Source of the DNA: Desulfosoma sp.
GTDB taxonomy: Bacteria; Desulfobacterota; Syntrophobacteria; Syntrophobacterales; DSM-9756
Assembly (NCBI GenBank): GCA_037481835.1
Contig: JBBFKW010000009.1
Location: 83,786-147,785, forward strand
Length of the DNA: 64,000 nucleotides
Reading direction: 5' to 3'
A program made the translations under genes and the position numbers. Positions 9,055 to 19,366 of this stretch are shown one piece after another; positions within the stretch are counted from its first letter, which is position 1, and the number at the start of each line of letters is the position of its first letter. The notes beneath the pieces were generated by a model. The model saw nothing but the letters and a program-made list of their open reading frames with translations. It did not search any database and was not told where the DNA came from.

Positions 9055-11121
9055 ATGAACGCCGCGCCCCCCGTTCGCACCGTGTGCCCGTACTGCGCCG
9101 TCGGCTGCCACCTGGACCTTCTCGTGGAAAACGGCCGGGTCGCCGGGTTGGAACACGCCGTGGATTCCCCCGTGAACGGCGGCCGTCTTTGCGCCAAAGG
9201 CCATGCAGCCTTGGAAATTGTCAACCACCCCGATCGGCTGCAGAACCCCCTGCAGCGGTCGGCTTCCGGATGGGTGCCCGTTTCGTGGGACCGCGCCTTG
9301 GATACGGCGGCGGAACGAATCCGGAACATCCTGGCCGCCCATGGCCCTGAGGCTCTCGCTTTTTTGTCCACGGCCAAAGGGTCCAACGAGGAAAACTATC
9401 TGGTCCAAAAGCTCGCCCGAGCTCTCGGGTCCAACAATGTGGACCACTGCGCCCGACTGTGCCATGCCAGCACACTTACCGGCCTCGGGCCCATGCTCGG
9501 CATGGGGGCGGCGACCAATGCGCTGTCGGATCTTCGCCAATCCGAGTGCCTCTTCTTTGTGGGATCTAACCTGGCCGAAAACCACCCCGTGGCCTTCCGA
9601 TGGGTGCAGGAGGCCAAGGACAGAGGAGCGCGGATTCTCGTGGCCGATCCTCGGCGCACCCCCACCGCCTGGATCGCGGACCTTCACCTGCCGCTCAAAC
9701 CCGGAACAGACCTCGCCCTTCTCGCCGGCATGCTCCATGTGATTTTTCAGGAAGGGCTTCAAGACGACGCCTTCATCGCCCGTAGGACTCGAGGCGTGGA
9801 GGCCCTGCGCGCTTCCGTTCAGCACACCGACCCGCTGTGGGCGGCGCGCATCACGGGCGTGCCCGCCCGCGACATCGTCCGGGCCGCACGCCTGTATGCC
9901 AAAGCCCGCCGAGCGTCGCTTATCTATTGCATGGGCGTGACCCAACATGTGCACGGCACCGAAACCGTCCGCGCCTGCGCCGATCTCGCTTTGGTCACGG
10001 GTCACATAGGCCGGGCGGGATCGGGCCTGTTTCCGGTGCGCGGTCAGGACAACGTCCAGGGGGCGTGCGACATGGGCGCTTTGAGCGGCCTGCTGCCCGG
10101 CTATCGGCCGGTAACAGATCCGGACGCTCGCACTTTCTTCGAAAAAGCCTGGGGATTGCCCTCCGGAACCTTGGCCGCCGCCCCCGGCCTTACGGTGACC
10201 GAAATGGAACAGGCCGCGGGGCACAGGGTTCGCGGCCTCATCGCCATCGGGGAAAACCCCGTGGTGACCAGCCCGGATAGCCGAAGGACCAGGGAAAACC
10301 TGAAGCGCTTGGATTTCCTCCTGGTCGTGGACCTCTTTTTGACGGAAACGGCCGAACTGGCCCACTTGGTGCTCCCAGCCGCCGCCTGGGCGGAAAAAAG
10401 CGGTTCCCGGACCAACACGGATCGACGCGTCCAATGGTCGCCGAAAGCCGTCGATCCTCCTGGGGAAGCCCGACCCGACTGGAAGATCATCACGGACCTG
10501 GCCCACCGACTGGGATGGGACTCCTTTTTCCCGTACGGTTCTCCGGAAGACATTCTCGAAGAAATCCGCCGGGTGGTGCCCGCTTACGGGGGCATGAGCC
10601 CCCGGCGGCTTGCGACGGCCGCCGAAGGCATTCCCTGGCCGTGTCCGGATGAGACCCATCCCGGCACGCCGGTTCTCCACGAACATCGTTTCGCCACGGA
10701 AGACGGCTTGGCCCGTCTTTACCCCATAGAGTTCCTGGAGGCGCCCGAGCTTCCCGACGCCGATTTTCCCTATTGCCTGACCACCGGCCGTGTGACCCTC
10801 CATTACAACAGCGGCGCCATGACCCGGCGCAGCCCCAGCCTGGCGTCCCGCTCCCCGTACCTTTTCGTGGAAATCCATCCGGAAGACGCCGCACGGGAAG
10901 GGCTCCACCATGGAGACCGGGTGCGCGTCGTGACCCGCCGAGGCGCCCTGGAAGCGCAGGCGCACATCACCGGCAGCGTCAGCCGTGGTGTCGTCTTCGC
11001 GCCTTTTCACTTTCCCGAAACCAATGCCCTCACCCAGAACGTGCTCGATCCGTCCGCCAAAATCCCCGAATTTAAAACCGCGGCCTGCCGACTGGAAAAA
11101 GTGAAAGGGGCCGGACCATGA
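9055..11121 (+). CDS. fdhF: Formate dehydrogenase catalytic subunit, FdhF-like, Cys-type, cytoplasmic
   Basis: CPYCAVGC...LCAKG [4Fe-4S] site, NNVDHCARLCH active site (TGC at 9460), RGQDNVQG, KIPEFK C-terminus; no TAT signal. Confidence 0.9.
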   Translation: MNAAPPVRTVCPYCAVGCHLDLLVENGRVAGLEHAVDSPVNGGRLCAKGHAALEIVNHPDRLQNPLQRSASGWVPVSWDRALDTAAERIRNILAAHGPEALAFLSTAKGSNEENYLVQKLARALGSNNVDHCARLCHASTLTGLGPMLGMGAATNALSDLRQSECLFFVGSNLAENHPVAFRWVQEAKDRGARILVADPRRTPTAWIADLHLPLKPGTDLALLAGMLHVIFQEGLQDDAFIARRTRGVEALRASVQHTDPLWAARITGVPARDIVRAARLYAKARRASLIYCMGVTQHVHGTETVRACADLALVTGHIGRAGSGLFPVRGQDNVQGACDMGALSGLLPGYRPVTDPDARTFFEKAWGLPSGTLAAAPGLTVTEMEQAAGHRVRGLIAIGENPVVTSPDSRRTRENLKRLDFLLVVDLFLTETAELAHLVLPAAAWAEKSGSRTNTDRRVQWSPKAVDPPGEARPDWKIITDLAHRLGWDSFFPYGSPEDILEEIRRVVPAYGGMSPRRLATAAEGIPWPCPDETHPGTPVLHEHRFATEDGLARLYPIEFLEAPELPDADFPYCLTTGRVTLHYNSGAMTRRSPSLASRSPYLFVEIHPEDAAREGLHHGDRVRVVTRRGALEAQAHITGSVSRGVVFAPFHFPETNALTQNVLDPSAKIPEFKTAACRLEKVKGAGP

Positions 11122-11657
11122 ACGCTTTTCTTCACGTGGACTTTCGGCGCTGCACGGGATGTTTCGCCTGCGAGGCGGCTTGCCGAACGGCCCATGGCGG
11201 CGCCTGCCGCGTTCACCTGGCCTTCGCCGACGGGCTTCCCGTCCCTCTCATGTGCCGCCAGTGTGAAAACAGTCCCTGCGCCGCCGTGTGCCCGGAAGAG
11301 GCCCTGGTTTGGGATAAAACCCATGGAGTGGTTCTCCTCGTCGAACGATGCACCCGATGCGGCCTGTGCGCCGTCGCCTGCCCTTTCGGGGTATTGAGCG
11401 TCGATCCTTTTGGTCGGCCGAACGTCGTCAAGTGCGACCTGTGCCTGGGTCGCCGCGCCGAAGGAAAACGCCCGGCCTGCGTGCTCACTTGCCCGACGGA
11501 GGCCATCACCGACGAACCGGACCGTCCTCTGAAGCGCCGTCGCCTCGCCGGGTCGGTTCCGCCTATCGCCGCGCGTCCGTTTTCCGAGAGCCTCCCCGCT
11601 CCGATGGGAAAGGAAGGCGGGGTTCAGGGAGGCTTCAGGGGGAAAAATCCGCGATGA
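11118..11657 (+). CDS. HycB/HydN-like four-[4Fe-4S] protein
   Basis: Four ferredoxin Cys groups; ATGA overlap with the fdhF stop. Confidence 0.88.
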   Translation: MNAFLHVDFRRCTGCFACEAACRTAHGGACRVHLAFADGLPVPLMCRQCENSPCAAVCPEEALVWDKTHGVVLLVERCTRCGLCAVACPFGVLSVDPFGRPNVVKCDLCLGRRAEGKRPACVLTCPTEAITDEPDRPLKRRRLAGSVPPIAARPFSESLPAPMGKEGGVQGGFRGKNPR

Positions 11658-12112
11658 AAGAGACTCCAGCCGATCGACGGCTCATCATCGATTTGGAAAA
11701 ATGCTTCGGGTGTTTTGCGTGCGCCGCTGCATGCCCGGAAAAGCACATCGCTTTTACGGACCATGAAGGGCTGCGGCGTTTTAGGGCTCCGAGCTTGTGT
11801 GGCGCGCAATGCGACGCATGCCGAAAGGCCTGTCCCGTGGACGCCATCGTTTTGGAAGAGGTGGCTTCCGAAGAGCCACGACCAGCTCTGATCGAGCTCA
11901 CATGGGGTCTTCCTTTGACGCGGTGCCGCACGTGCGGTGAGGCGTTCACCACGGAAAAGATCCGCCAAAGCCTCTCGGACAAACTGGCCGCGCTCCTGGG
12001 ATCCGCGGACCTTGCCCTCGACCGGATCCCCCTGTGCCCTTCGTGCCGTCGCGACGATGAAGCCCAACGGATGCGATCCGCCACGCGAACCTTGCCCGAT
12101 CCCCTGCCCTGA
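11654..12112 (+). CDS. Two-[4Fe-4S] protein with HycF-like C-terminal four-Cys metal site
   Basis: CFGCFACAAACP, CGAQCDACRKACP, then CRTCG...CPSC; ATGA overlap with the previous gene. Confidence 0.82.
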   Translation: MKETPADRRLIIDLEKCFGCFACAAACPEKHIAFTDHEGLRRFRAPSLCGAQCDACRKACPVDAIVLEEVASEEPRPALIELTWGLPLTRCRTCGEAFTTEKIRQSLSDKLAALLGSADLALDRIPLCPSCRRDDEAQRMRSATRTLPDPLP

Positions 12113-12409
12113 AGTTTTGAGTTTCGTTTTTTGCTGCCTCCGACACACGATCTCGGACACGCTCCCAGGAGCCTGTCCGAGAAGGGCTTTTCCCCTGAAA
12201 GGGGCAGGAAGGGCGCATCGGTTTTCGCGGCACCGTGCGCGAGAGCGGCCCCATGGACTACGGGCGTCGCGCCCGCCTCTTATGCCGACAGTTGGACACA
12301 CTTCATGCCGCGCATGGCATCACTTCTTCCTCAATGCGCCTATGGCAAAACCACCTCCCATGGCGTTGCGGGGCTCAGAGGTGCGTGCAGGAAGAATGCG
12401 GCGCTTGGC

Positions 12410-12552
12410 GGGCGGGGATAAACCCCGCCCCTACCCAAGAACCGTTCTTGTACCCCTTCCCAAGACCTCAATATGTTCTCGTACGGACAGGCTTTATGCG
12501 CTTCCCAAGATCTCAATCCTTTCTCATTGGCGGTCGGGTTTTGTGCCCGCCC
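12410..12552. repeat. Cluster of GTAG-type REP-like palindromes with an about 45-bp direct repeat
   Basis: Minus strand GTAG-GGGCGGGG-TTTAT-CCCCGCCC (12410-12434); degenerate plus-strand copies near 12481 and 12528; CTTCCCAAGAyCTCAAT at 12456 and 12501. Confidence 0.65.
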
Positions 12553-12645
12553 CAGAATGGGCTTGACACGGCCGCTTTCATTTTCTACTTAGCAGAACCA
12601 GTGCTTGCATCGCGAAATTTTGTGGACTCTGAGGGAGTAAAACCA

Positions 12646-13476
12646 ATGGCGCCGAAGCTGTCGATCGTCGAGGATCCATCCAGGACCTTCATCCAGTCCC
12701 TATCCCGGGGCATGGCGGTCTTGGAAGCCCTGTCCCAGGCCGAACGGCCCCTCAACCTCACGGAAATCGCCGACGCCGTGGGGCTCAACAAGGTGACCGT
12801 CTCCCGGTTTTGTTACACCTGGGTGCGCCTGGGCTACGTGCACCGAACGCCGGACAAGCACTACCAGTTGGCCCCCAAGATGCTCAGCCTCGGCTATGCG
12901 GCCTTGAGCCGCATGGACATCCGGCAGGTGGGAGAGCCTTACCTCCAGGAGTTGTCCCGGCGACTGGGCGAAACGGTCAACATGGCCGTCCTGGACGGTC
13001 TGGACATTCTCTACGTGGACCGTTACGTCACGGAGCCGATCATGAAGCACCCCCTGCACATCGGGGCGCGGCTTCCGGTCTATTGCACGTCCATGGGCAA
13101 GGCCATGGCAGCCTTTCTTCCGACCAAGGAGCGGGAGGACCTTATCAAACGCCTCCATTTTTATGCCCTGACCCATCGCACGATCCTGTCCGCGGAAGCC
13201 TTCCGCACCGAGCTGGAGTTGGTGCGAAGCCGCGGCTATGCCGTTAACGATGAAGAACTTTCCGTGGGGCTGCGTTCCATCGCCGTCCCCGTTTTGAGGC
13301 GGGGATATCCTGTGGCGGCCGTCAACGTGGCCGTGCCGACGATCCGCTACACGGTGGACCAGCTCGTGGAACGATGCCTGCCGGCCCTCAAGGAAACGGC
13401 CCAGACCATTGCGGAGCTTTTGAGCAAGCAGCTTGTCGTTAAAAGGGTTTCCCGACGTTCCGAGGTCGCCCGATGA
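12646..13476 (+). CDS. IclR family transcriptional regulator (PcaR/PobR-like)
   Basis: FIQSLSRGMAVL HTH start, LPVYCTSMGKA, GYAVNDEELSVGLRSIAVP. Confidence 0.93.
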   Translation: MAPKLSIVEDPSRTFIQSLSRGMAVLEALSQAERPLNLTEIADAVGLNKVTVSRFCYTWVRLGYVHRTPDKHYQLAPKMLSLGYAALSRMDIRQVGEPYLQELSRRLGETVNMAVLDGLDILYVDRYVTEPIMKHPLHIGARLPVYCTSMGKAMAAFLPTKEREDLIKRLHFYALTHRTILSAEAFRTELELVRSRGYAVNDEELSVGLRSIAVPVLRRGYPVAAVNVAVPTIRYTVDQLVERCLPALKETAQTIAELLSKQLVVKRVSRRSEVAR

Positions 13477-14294
13477 AGAAGCTCGTCATCACTGTCGCCC
13501 CGACGGGTTCTTTGCCCACCAAGGCCAAAACGCCCCACGTGCCCATTACGCCTCAGGAAATCGTCGAGTGCGCGCTGCGCTGTGAATCGGCGGGAGCGGC
13601 CGTTGTGCACGTCCACGTTCGCGATCCCCAGACCCAGGCCCCTTCGCCGCGTTACGACCTGTTTGAGGAAGTTATGGAAGGGCTTCGGGCCCGATCCCGG
13701 CTGATCGTCCAGATTTCTACCGGCGGACGGGCAGGAATGGGCTATGAGGAACGCAGCGACCGGTTGAGGCTGCGCCCCGAAATGGCGAGCTTGACCACGG
13801 GGTCCGTCAACTTTCCCGATTCCGTCTATATCAACGGCCCCGATCTCATCGATAAACTGGCCGCCGACATGCTCCGATACGGCATCAAGCCGGAGATGGA
13901 AATCTTCGATACGAGCATGATCGCCAACGCGCTGGACCTGGCGGCTCGGGGGCTGGCTCGCCTGCCTCTCCATTTCAATTTCGTCATGGGCCTCAAGGGC
14001 GCCATTCCGGCCACGGCGGAAAATCTCATGCATCTTAAGAGCAGCATTCCGTCCGACGCCACCTGGACCGTATCGGGCATCGGCGCCGCGCAGTTGCCCA
14101 TGAATGTTTTGGGCATCGTCCTGGGAGGTCACGTCCGCGTCGGTCTGGAAGACAACATTTACTACCGCAAAGGGGAACTGGCCTCCAACGAACAGCTGGT
14201 GGAACGGATCGTGCGGATCGCCCGGGAAGTGGGCCGCGAGGTGGCCACACCCGATGAGGCGCGATCCATTCTCGGGTTGGGTATGACATCGTGA
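13473..14294 (+). CDS. Beta-keto acid cleavage enzyme (BKACE/Kce, DUF849)
   Basis: ITVAPTG, HVHVR Zn ligands, ISTGG, PEMASL, HVRVGLEDN. Confidence 0.92.
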   Translation: MKKLVITVAPTGSLPTKAKTPHVPITPQEIVECALRCESAGAAVVHVHVRDPQTQAPSPRYDLFEEVMEGLRARSRLIVQISTGGRAGMGYEERSDRLRLRPEMASLTTGSVNFPDSVYINGPDLIDKLAADMLRYGIKPEMEIFDTSMIANALDLAARGLARLPLHFNFVMGLKGAIPATAENLMHLKSSIPSDATWTVSGIGAAQLPMNVLGIVLGGHVRVGLEDNIYYRKGELASNEQLVERIVRIAREVGREVATPDEARSILGLGMTS

Positions 14295-14362
14295 GACGCG
14301 TTGTGGGGTGTGGGATTCCTCGCACCCCTTTGTGTGTAGGCCCATAAGGAAGGAGGTTTGGG

Positions 14363-15553
14363 ATGGTCTGGAAAAAAGTGTTGACGGTGCCGGTGGTTCT
14401 TGGGCTGTGCCTGGCAGGTTTTTTTTCCGCGCAGGCGGCGGAGACGATCAAGGTCGGGGTTGTGGGGCCGCGCACGGGGCCGGCGGCGGCCACAGGCACC
14501 GCTTTTGAAGAAGGAATCGCCCTCGCCCTGGATGTGATCAACGGCGAACAGGGCGGCGTTCTGGGCAAGAAGATGGAAGTGGTCTTTGAAGATACGGGCG
14601 GCACCCCGGAAAAGGCCGCTTCTGGTTTTGAAAAGCTTATCACTAAGGACCAGGTGGTGGTGACCGTGGGCGAAAGCCATTCGTCGTGCGCCCTGGCGGA
14701 AGTGCCCATCGCCGACCGTTACAAACACCCGCTCATCATCGCCGAAGCCTGGGCCGACGACATCACGGCCAAGAATTCCCGCTACGTCTTTCGAGCCGGC
14801 CCGTGCAACAGCGGCGTCGTCAAGGACAATCTGCTGGGCTTCGTCAAGGATTACGGCTTCAAGCGCGTGGCCATCGTGGCGGAAAACACCGATTGGGGCC
14901 TGGGCATCAAGAAGCTGGCCGAAGACGGCCTCAAAGCCATGGGCGTGGAATACATGACGGTGGAAACGGAGCGCCAGAGCCAGGATCATTACACGGAACT
15001 GAACAAGATCGCGGCGTTCCAGCCGGATCTCGTTTTGGCTTTCATTTATGGGTTCGGTGTCCATTATTTCATCGCCCAAGCCAACGAAACGGGCCTGTTC
15101 CCGAAAAAAGCCCTGATTCTCGAAGGAGCCGGCCCGCCGAGCCTGTGGCCCGAGTTCTGGCAGAACGTGGGGGATGCGGGCAATCTGGAGCTTTTCCTGT
15201 CCCGGATGCACGCCAAGGTGGACTTTAACCCGGTGTCGAAAAAATTCCGGGAGGCCTACACGAAGAAATTCGGGAAAGAGCCCACCGATTACAAGTCCCG
15301 CTCCATTTATGACGTGCTGCTCGTCGCCGCTGATGCGCTGCGTCGAGCCGGATCCACGGACAGCGAAAAGGTCGTGGACGCTCTGGAAAAGACCAAACTG
15401 GAAGTGGGCAGCGGCGTGGTCCAGTTCGGTTTGGAAAAGGGCGATTATCGATACCACCAGTGGCAGCCGCCCATGCTCATCGTGCAATGGCAAAACAAGG
15501 AGCAAGTGGTGGTCTATCCCACGAACGTCAAGACGGGTGAGCTGAAAAAGTAA
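14363..15553 (+). CDS. Liv-type ABC transporter substrate-binding protein
   Basis: Signal peptide ending AQA; TIKVGVVGPRTG type I periplasmic binding fold. Confidence 0.9.
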   Translation: MVWKKVLTVPVVLGLCLAGFFSAQAAETIKVGVVGPRTGPAAATGTAFEEGIALALDVINGEQGGVLGKKMEVVFEDTGGTPEKAASGFEKLITKDQVVVTVGESHSSCALAEVPIADRYKHPLIIAEAWADDITAKNSRYVFRAGPCNSGVVKDNLLGFVKDYGFKRVAIVAENTDWGLGIKKLAEDGLKAMGVEYMTVETERQSQDHYTELNKIAAFQPDLVLAFIYGFGVHYFIAQANETGLFPKKALILEGAGPPSLWPEFWQNVGDAGNLELFLSRMHAKVDFNPVSKKFREAYTKKFGKEPTDYKSRSIYDVLLVAADALRRAGSTDSEKVVDALEKTKLEVGSGVVQFGLEKGDYRYHQWQPPMLIVQWQNKEQVVVYPTNVKTGELKK

Positions 15554-15561
15554 GGGCGCTC

Positions 15562-15680
15562 GGGCGGGCGGCGCGCCCGCCCGTCCCCACCCGGCGCACC
15601 GTCATGGCCGGCGTAGGGGAATCGCAGCCGAGGTTGTGCCCACAGGTTCACATCCTAGGGCCGGCTTGCCGGCCCTAGGG
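15562..15680. repeat. Intercistronic GC-rich palindromes (REP-like or mRNA-stabilising hairpins)
   Basis: GGGCGGGC-ggcgc-GCCCGCCC near 15562 and perfect CCTAGGGCCGGC-TT-GCCGGCCCTAGG at 15654-15679. Confidence 0.55.
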
Positions 15681-15763
15681 TCCGCGGCCAAGGCCGATCC
15701 GACAAACAGCCACCAAGAAGGCTCTTTCGCGTTCAATCGACGGTTCGCAGAGGAACTTCGCGC

Positions 15764-16627
15764 ATGCAGGATCTCCTTCTCTACTGCACCAACGGCCTCC
15801 TGCTCGGCGTCATCTATGCCCTGTCCGCTCTAGGGGTTTCCCTTGTTGTGGGCATCATGAACGTCATCAATTTTTCCCACGGGGAACTCTATGTTCTGGC
15901 CGGCTATTTCAGCGCGCTGTTCGCCAGGGCTCTGGGCTTTCCCGTAGTCGTTGCCGCAGCGCTCGCCGTCCTTCTGGTTTTCCTCTTCGGCCTGCTCGTA
16001 GAACGCACCCTCATTCGAAACACGTACGGCAACGACATGGCCTCCCTGATCATCACCTTCGTCCTGTCCATCGTCTTGCAGAATGCCTACCTGCTTATCT
16101 TCGGCCCCTACCCTCAAAAACCTCCCAATTGGGTGGACGGTTCCACGCACCTGTTCGGCTTGTTCTACTATGGCAACCAGCGCTTGGCCGCCTTGGGGGT
16201 CGGAGCCGCCGTCATCGCCGGGCTCTTTGTCGTAGTGAAGAAAACCTGGTTCGGCAAAACGGTGCGTGCGGTGGCCCAAGACCGGGAAATGGCCGCCATG
16301 GTTGGGGTCAACCCCGACGGGGTCAACATGTTTTCCTTCGCCTTGGGATGTGCTCTGGCCGCTGCGGCCGGCGTCATCCTGGCGCCGATCTTCCCCGTCA
16401 CCCCCACGGTGAGTGTGGGCGTGAGTCTGACGGCTTTCATTGTGGTCGTGCTGGGAGGCATGGGCAGTCTCGGCGGCTGTGTCATCGGAGGGCTCATCCT
16501 CGGATTGGTCCAGAATCTGGGTTCCGCGTATGTGTCTTCGGGCTACAAACACTTTTTCGGGTTTTTCATTCTCCTGCTGGTCTTGACCATCCGCCCCACG
16601 GGGCTTTTCGGCCGAAAACAGCTCTAG
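15764..16627 (+). CDS. livH: Branched-chain amino acid-type ABC permease (LivH-like)
   Basis: GVSLVVGIMNVINFSHGELY and VVLGGMGS motifs; hydrophobic. Confidence 0.9.
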   Translation: MQDLLLYCTNGLLLGVIYALSALGVSLVVGIMNVINFSHGELYVLAGYFSALFARALGFPVVVAAALAVLLVFLFGLLVERTLIRNTYGNDMASLIITFVLSIVLQNAYLLIFGPYPQKPPNWVDGSTHLFGLFYYGNQRLAALGVGAAVIAGLFVVVKKTWFGKTVRAVAQDREMAAMVGVNPDGVNMFSFALGCALAAAAGVILAPIFPVTPTVSVGVSLTAFIVVVLGGMGSLGGCVIGGLILGLVQNLGSAYVSSGYKHFFGFFILLLVLTIRPTGLFGRKQL

Positions 16628-16654
16628 GGGCTGAGTCTCACAAAGGAGTTTCTT

Positions 16655-17578
16655 GTGCCGCGCCGTTGGACCCCAGCCTTCCAAATCCTCATGGTCGTCG
16701 GGCTCTGCGTCTTTCCCTTTCTCGCAGGGGAGTACTGGCTGCATACGGGCATTCTTTGCCTTTTTTACATCATGATGGCCTCAAGCTGGAACCTGCTGGC
16801 GGGATACACCGGCCAGGTCTCTTTCGCCCACGCCGCCTTTGCCGGCGTCGGCGCTTATGTCTCCGGCCTGGCGGCCATTCATTTTCATCTGCCGCCGCTT
16901 CTCGGGGCCCTTTTGGGCATGGCCGTCGCCGCCTTTCTCGGACTCCTGCTCGGGGTCCTGTGTATCCGCATGGGCGGCATCTACCTCTCACTGACGACTC
17001 TCGCCTTTTCCGAAATGCTGCGCATCATCATCGACAATGAATATGAATTCACGCGCGGCACCATGGGCCTTTCGGTTCCGTTCCTCCTTCCCGTTTATTC
17101 CAAAACCGCCGCCTATTTCCTCATGGGGCTCGCCACCCTTGCCGTGCTCTACGCCATCCGCGTCATCGTGCGCTCCGATCTGGGCACGGCCTTTCGAGCG
17201 GTCCAGAACGATGAAACGGCCGCGGCGTCTTTGGGCATCCACGTGGTCAAGGTGCGCCTGGCCGCCTTCGTCATCTCAAGCACCATGGCCGGCCTGGCCG
17301 GCGCTTTATACGGCCACTACCATCAGCTCATCACCCCCGAAATTCTTTCGCTCAACCTCATGTTTTTCGTTTTGGCCATGACGGTTATCGGAGGGATGGG
17401 CACCTTCGTCGGTCCGATCGTCGGCGCCGTCTTTCTCGAGTTTCTGTCCGAATACATCCGCATCTACGGCCAATTTCACGTGCTCCTTTTCGGCCTCATC
17501 GCCCTCGCCGTCTGCCGGTTCGCCCCTCAGGGCCTGATGGGCCTGTGGCAGCGGCGCGTGCGGGCTCTGCCTTCGTGA
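16655..17578 (+). CDS. livM: Branched-chain amino acid-type ABC permease (LivM-like)
   Basis: WNLLAGYTGQVSFAHAAF, YLSLTTLAFSE motifs. Confidence 0.9.
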   Translation: MPRRWTPAFQILMVVGLCVFPFLAGEYWLHTGILCLFYIMMASSWNLLAGYTGQVSFAHAAFAGVGAYVSGLAAIHFHLPPLLGALLGMAVAAFLGLLLGVLCIRMGGIYLSLTTLAFSEMLRIIIDNEYEFTRGTMGLSVPFLLPVYSKTAAYFLMGLATLAVLYAIRVIVRSDLGTAFRAVQNDETAAASLGIHVVKVRLAAFVISSTMAGLAGALYGHYHQLITPEILSLNLMFFVLAMTVIGGMGTFVGPIVGAVFLEFLSEYIRIYGQFHVLLFGLIALAVCRFAPQGLMGLWQRRVRALPS

Positions 17579-17581
17579 GGA

Positions 17582-18311
17582 ATGTCCATGGCGTTCTTGG
17601 AAGTTCAGGATGTGGTGAAACGCTTCGGCGGTCTTGTGGCCGTCGCCGGCGTGCGTTTCGAGATCGAAGAGGGCCGCATTGTGGGGCTCATCGGGCCCAA
17701 CGGCGCCGGGAAAACGACGCTCTTCAACCTCATCGCGGGGACTTTCCCTTGTGATGAAGGCGCCATCCGGTTTTGCGGGGAAGACATCACCGGCAGCAAA
17801 CCCTACCACGTGTGTCGCAAGGGCATTGCCCGAACTTTTCAAATCACGCGGCCCTTCAACGACATGACTTGTTACGAAAACGTGGTGGTGGGTCTCATCG
17901 GCCGCGACGGCTTTACCGGGGAGACGGCGGCCCGGCGTCGCCAGGTGGAAGAGCTCCTGGAGTTCGTCGGCCTGAAAGACTTCATCCACACAGAAGCCCG
18001 CCACTTGAACCTTATCCACAAGAAGCTTTTGGAAATCGCCAGGGCTTTGGCCACGCGCCCCAAGCTCGTCCTTTTGGACGAGGTCCTGGGCGGCCTGAAC
18101 ACCGGGGAAATTTTGAAAGCCTTGGATCTCATCCGCGCCATTCGGGACCGTTTCGGAGTCACCATCCTGTGGATCGAACACGTCATGGGCGCACTCATGC
18201 AGGTTGTGGAAAAGCTCTTGGTGCTCGATCGCGGGCGGCTGTTGTGTGAGGGAGAACCGGCGGCCGTGGTGAACGATCCCCGCGTGATCGAGGCCTATTT
18301 GGGGGAAGCGG

Positions 18312-18319
<8 letters not shown>
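17582..18319 (+). CDS. livG: ABC ATP-binding protein (LivG-like)
   Basis: GPNGAGKTT Walker A, LLDE, VIEAYLG C-terminus. Confidence 0.92.
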
Positions 18320-19013
<694 letters not shown>

Positions 19014-19247
19014 TCAGCCGCCTTCCAGGGGAGGGAAAAAAACCAGCGAGTCGCCTTCCCGAAGAACGGTTTGCGGCGTCCGCGCCCTGCCGTTTACCAG
19101 GAGAATCTTCGGGGCGTCCTCCGGAACGCCCAGCAGGGCCAGCACCTCGGCCACTCGGGTCCCTTCCGGGACGTCCATGGACTTGTCTTCGGGAAGGCTT
19201 CGCGTATAGGCTCGGTATGTGGCAAAACTTTCGACTCGAATCTTCAT
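19014..19247 (-). CDS. MoaD/ThiS family sulfur carrier
   Basis: 77 aa ending FFPPLEGG; divergent from aor. Confidence 0.88.
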   Translation of the reverse strand: MKIRVESFATYRAYTRSLPEDKSMDVPEGTRVAEVLALLGVPEDAPKILLVNGRARTPQTVLREGDSLVFFPPLEGG

Positions 19248-19366
19248 GGTTCCGCTGGGCTCAACGCTCTCGGCACGGGGACACGGATCCGGCGAGGCCT
19301 GTGAAAGCCCTGTTAGATTAAACGAAAAATCCTGAAAAATCGAGCTGCAAGCGCTGGAGGACGGTT

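Noticed and set aside
9440..9470. Selenocysteine recoding in the FDH active site
   Set aside because: The codon is TGC (Cys) and the frame is open; no in-frame TGA
6512..11010. Long antisense ORFs (6512-8593, 9046-11010; similarly 47173-48843, 52474-54507, 59785-61509, 1429-2649)
   Set aside because: They shadow well-supported genes on the other strand, show no family motifs, and are expected from GC-rich codon bias
12563..12591. Sigma70 promoter for the IclR gene
   Set aside because: Perfect TTGACA but no convincing -10 hexamer at the right spacing
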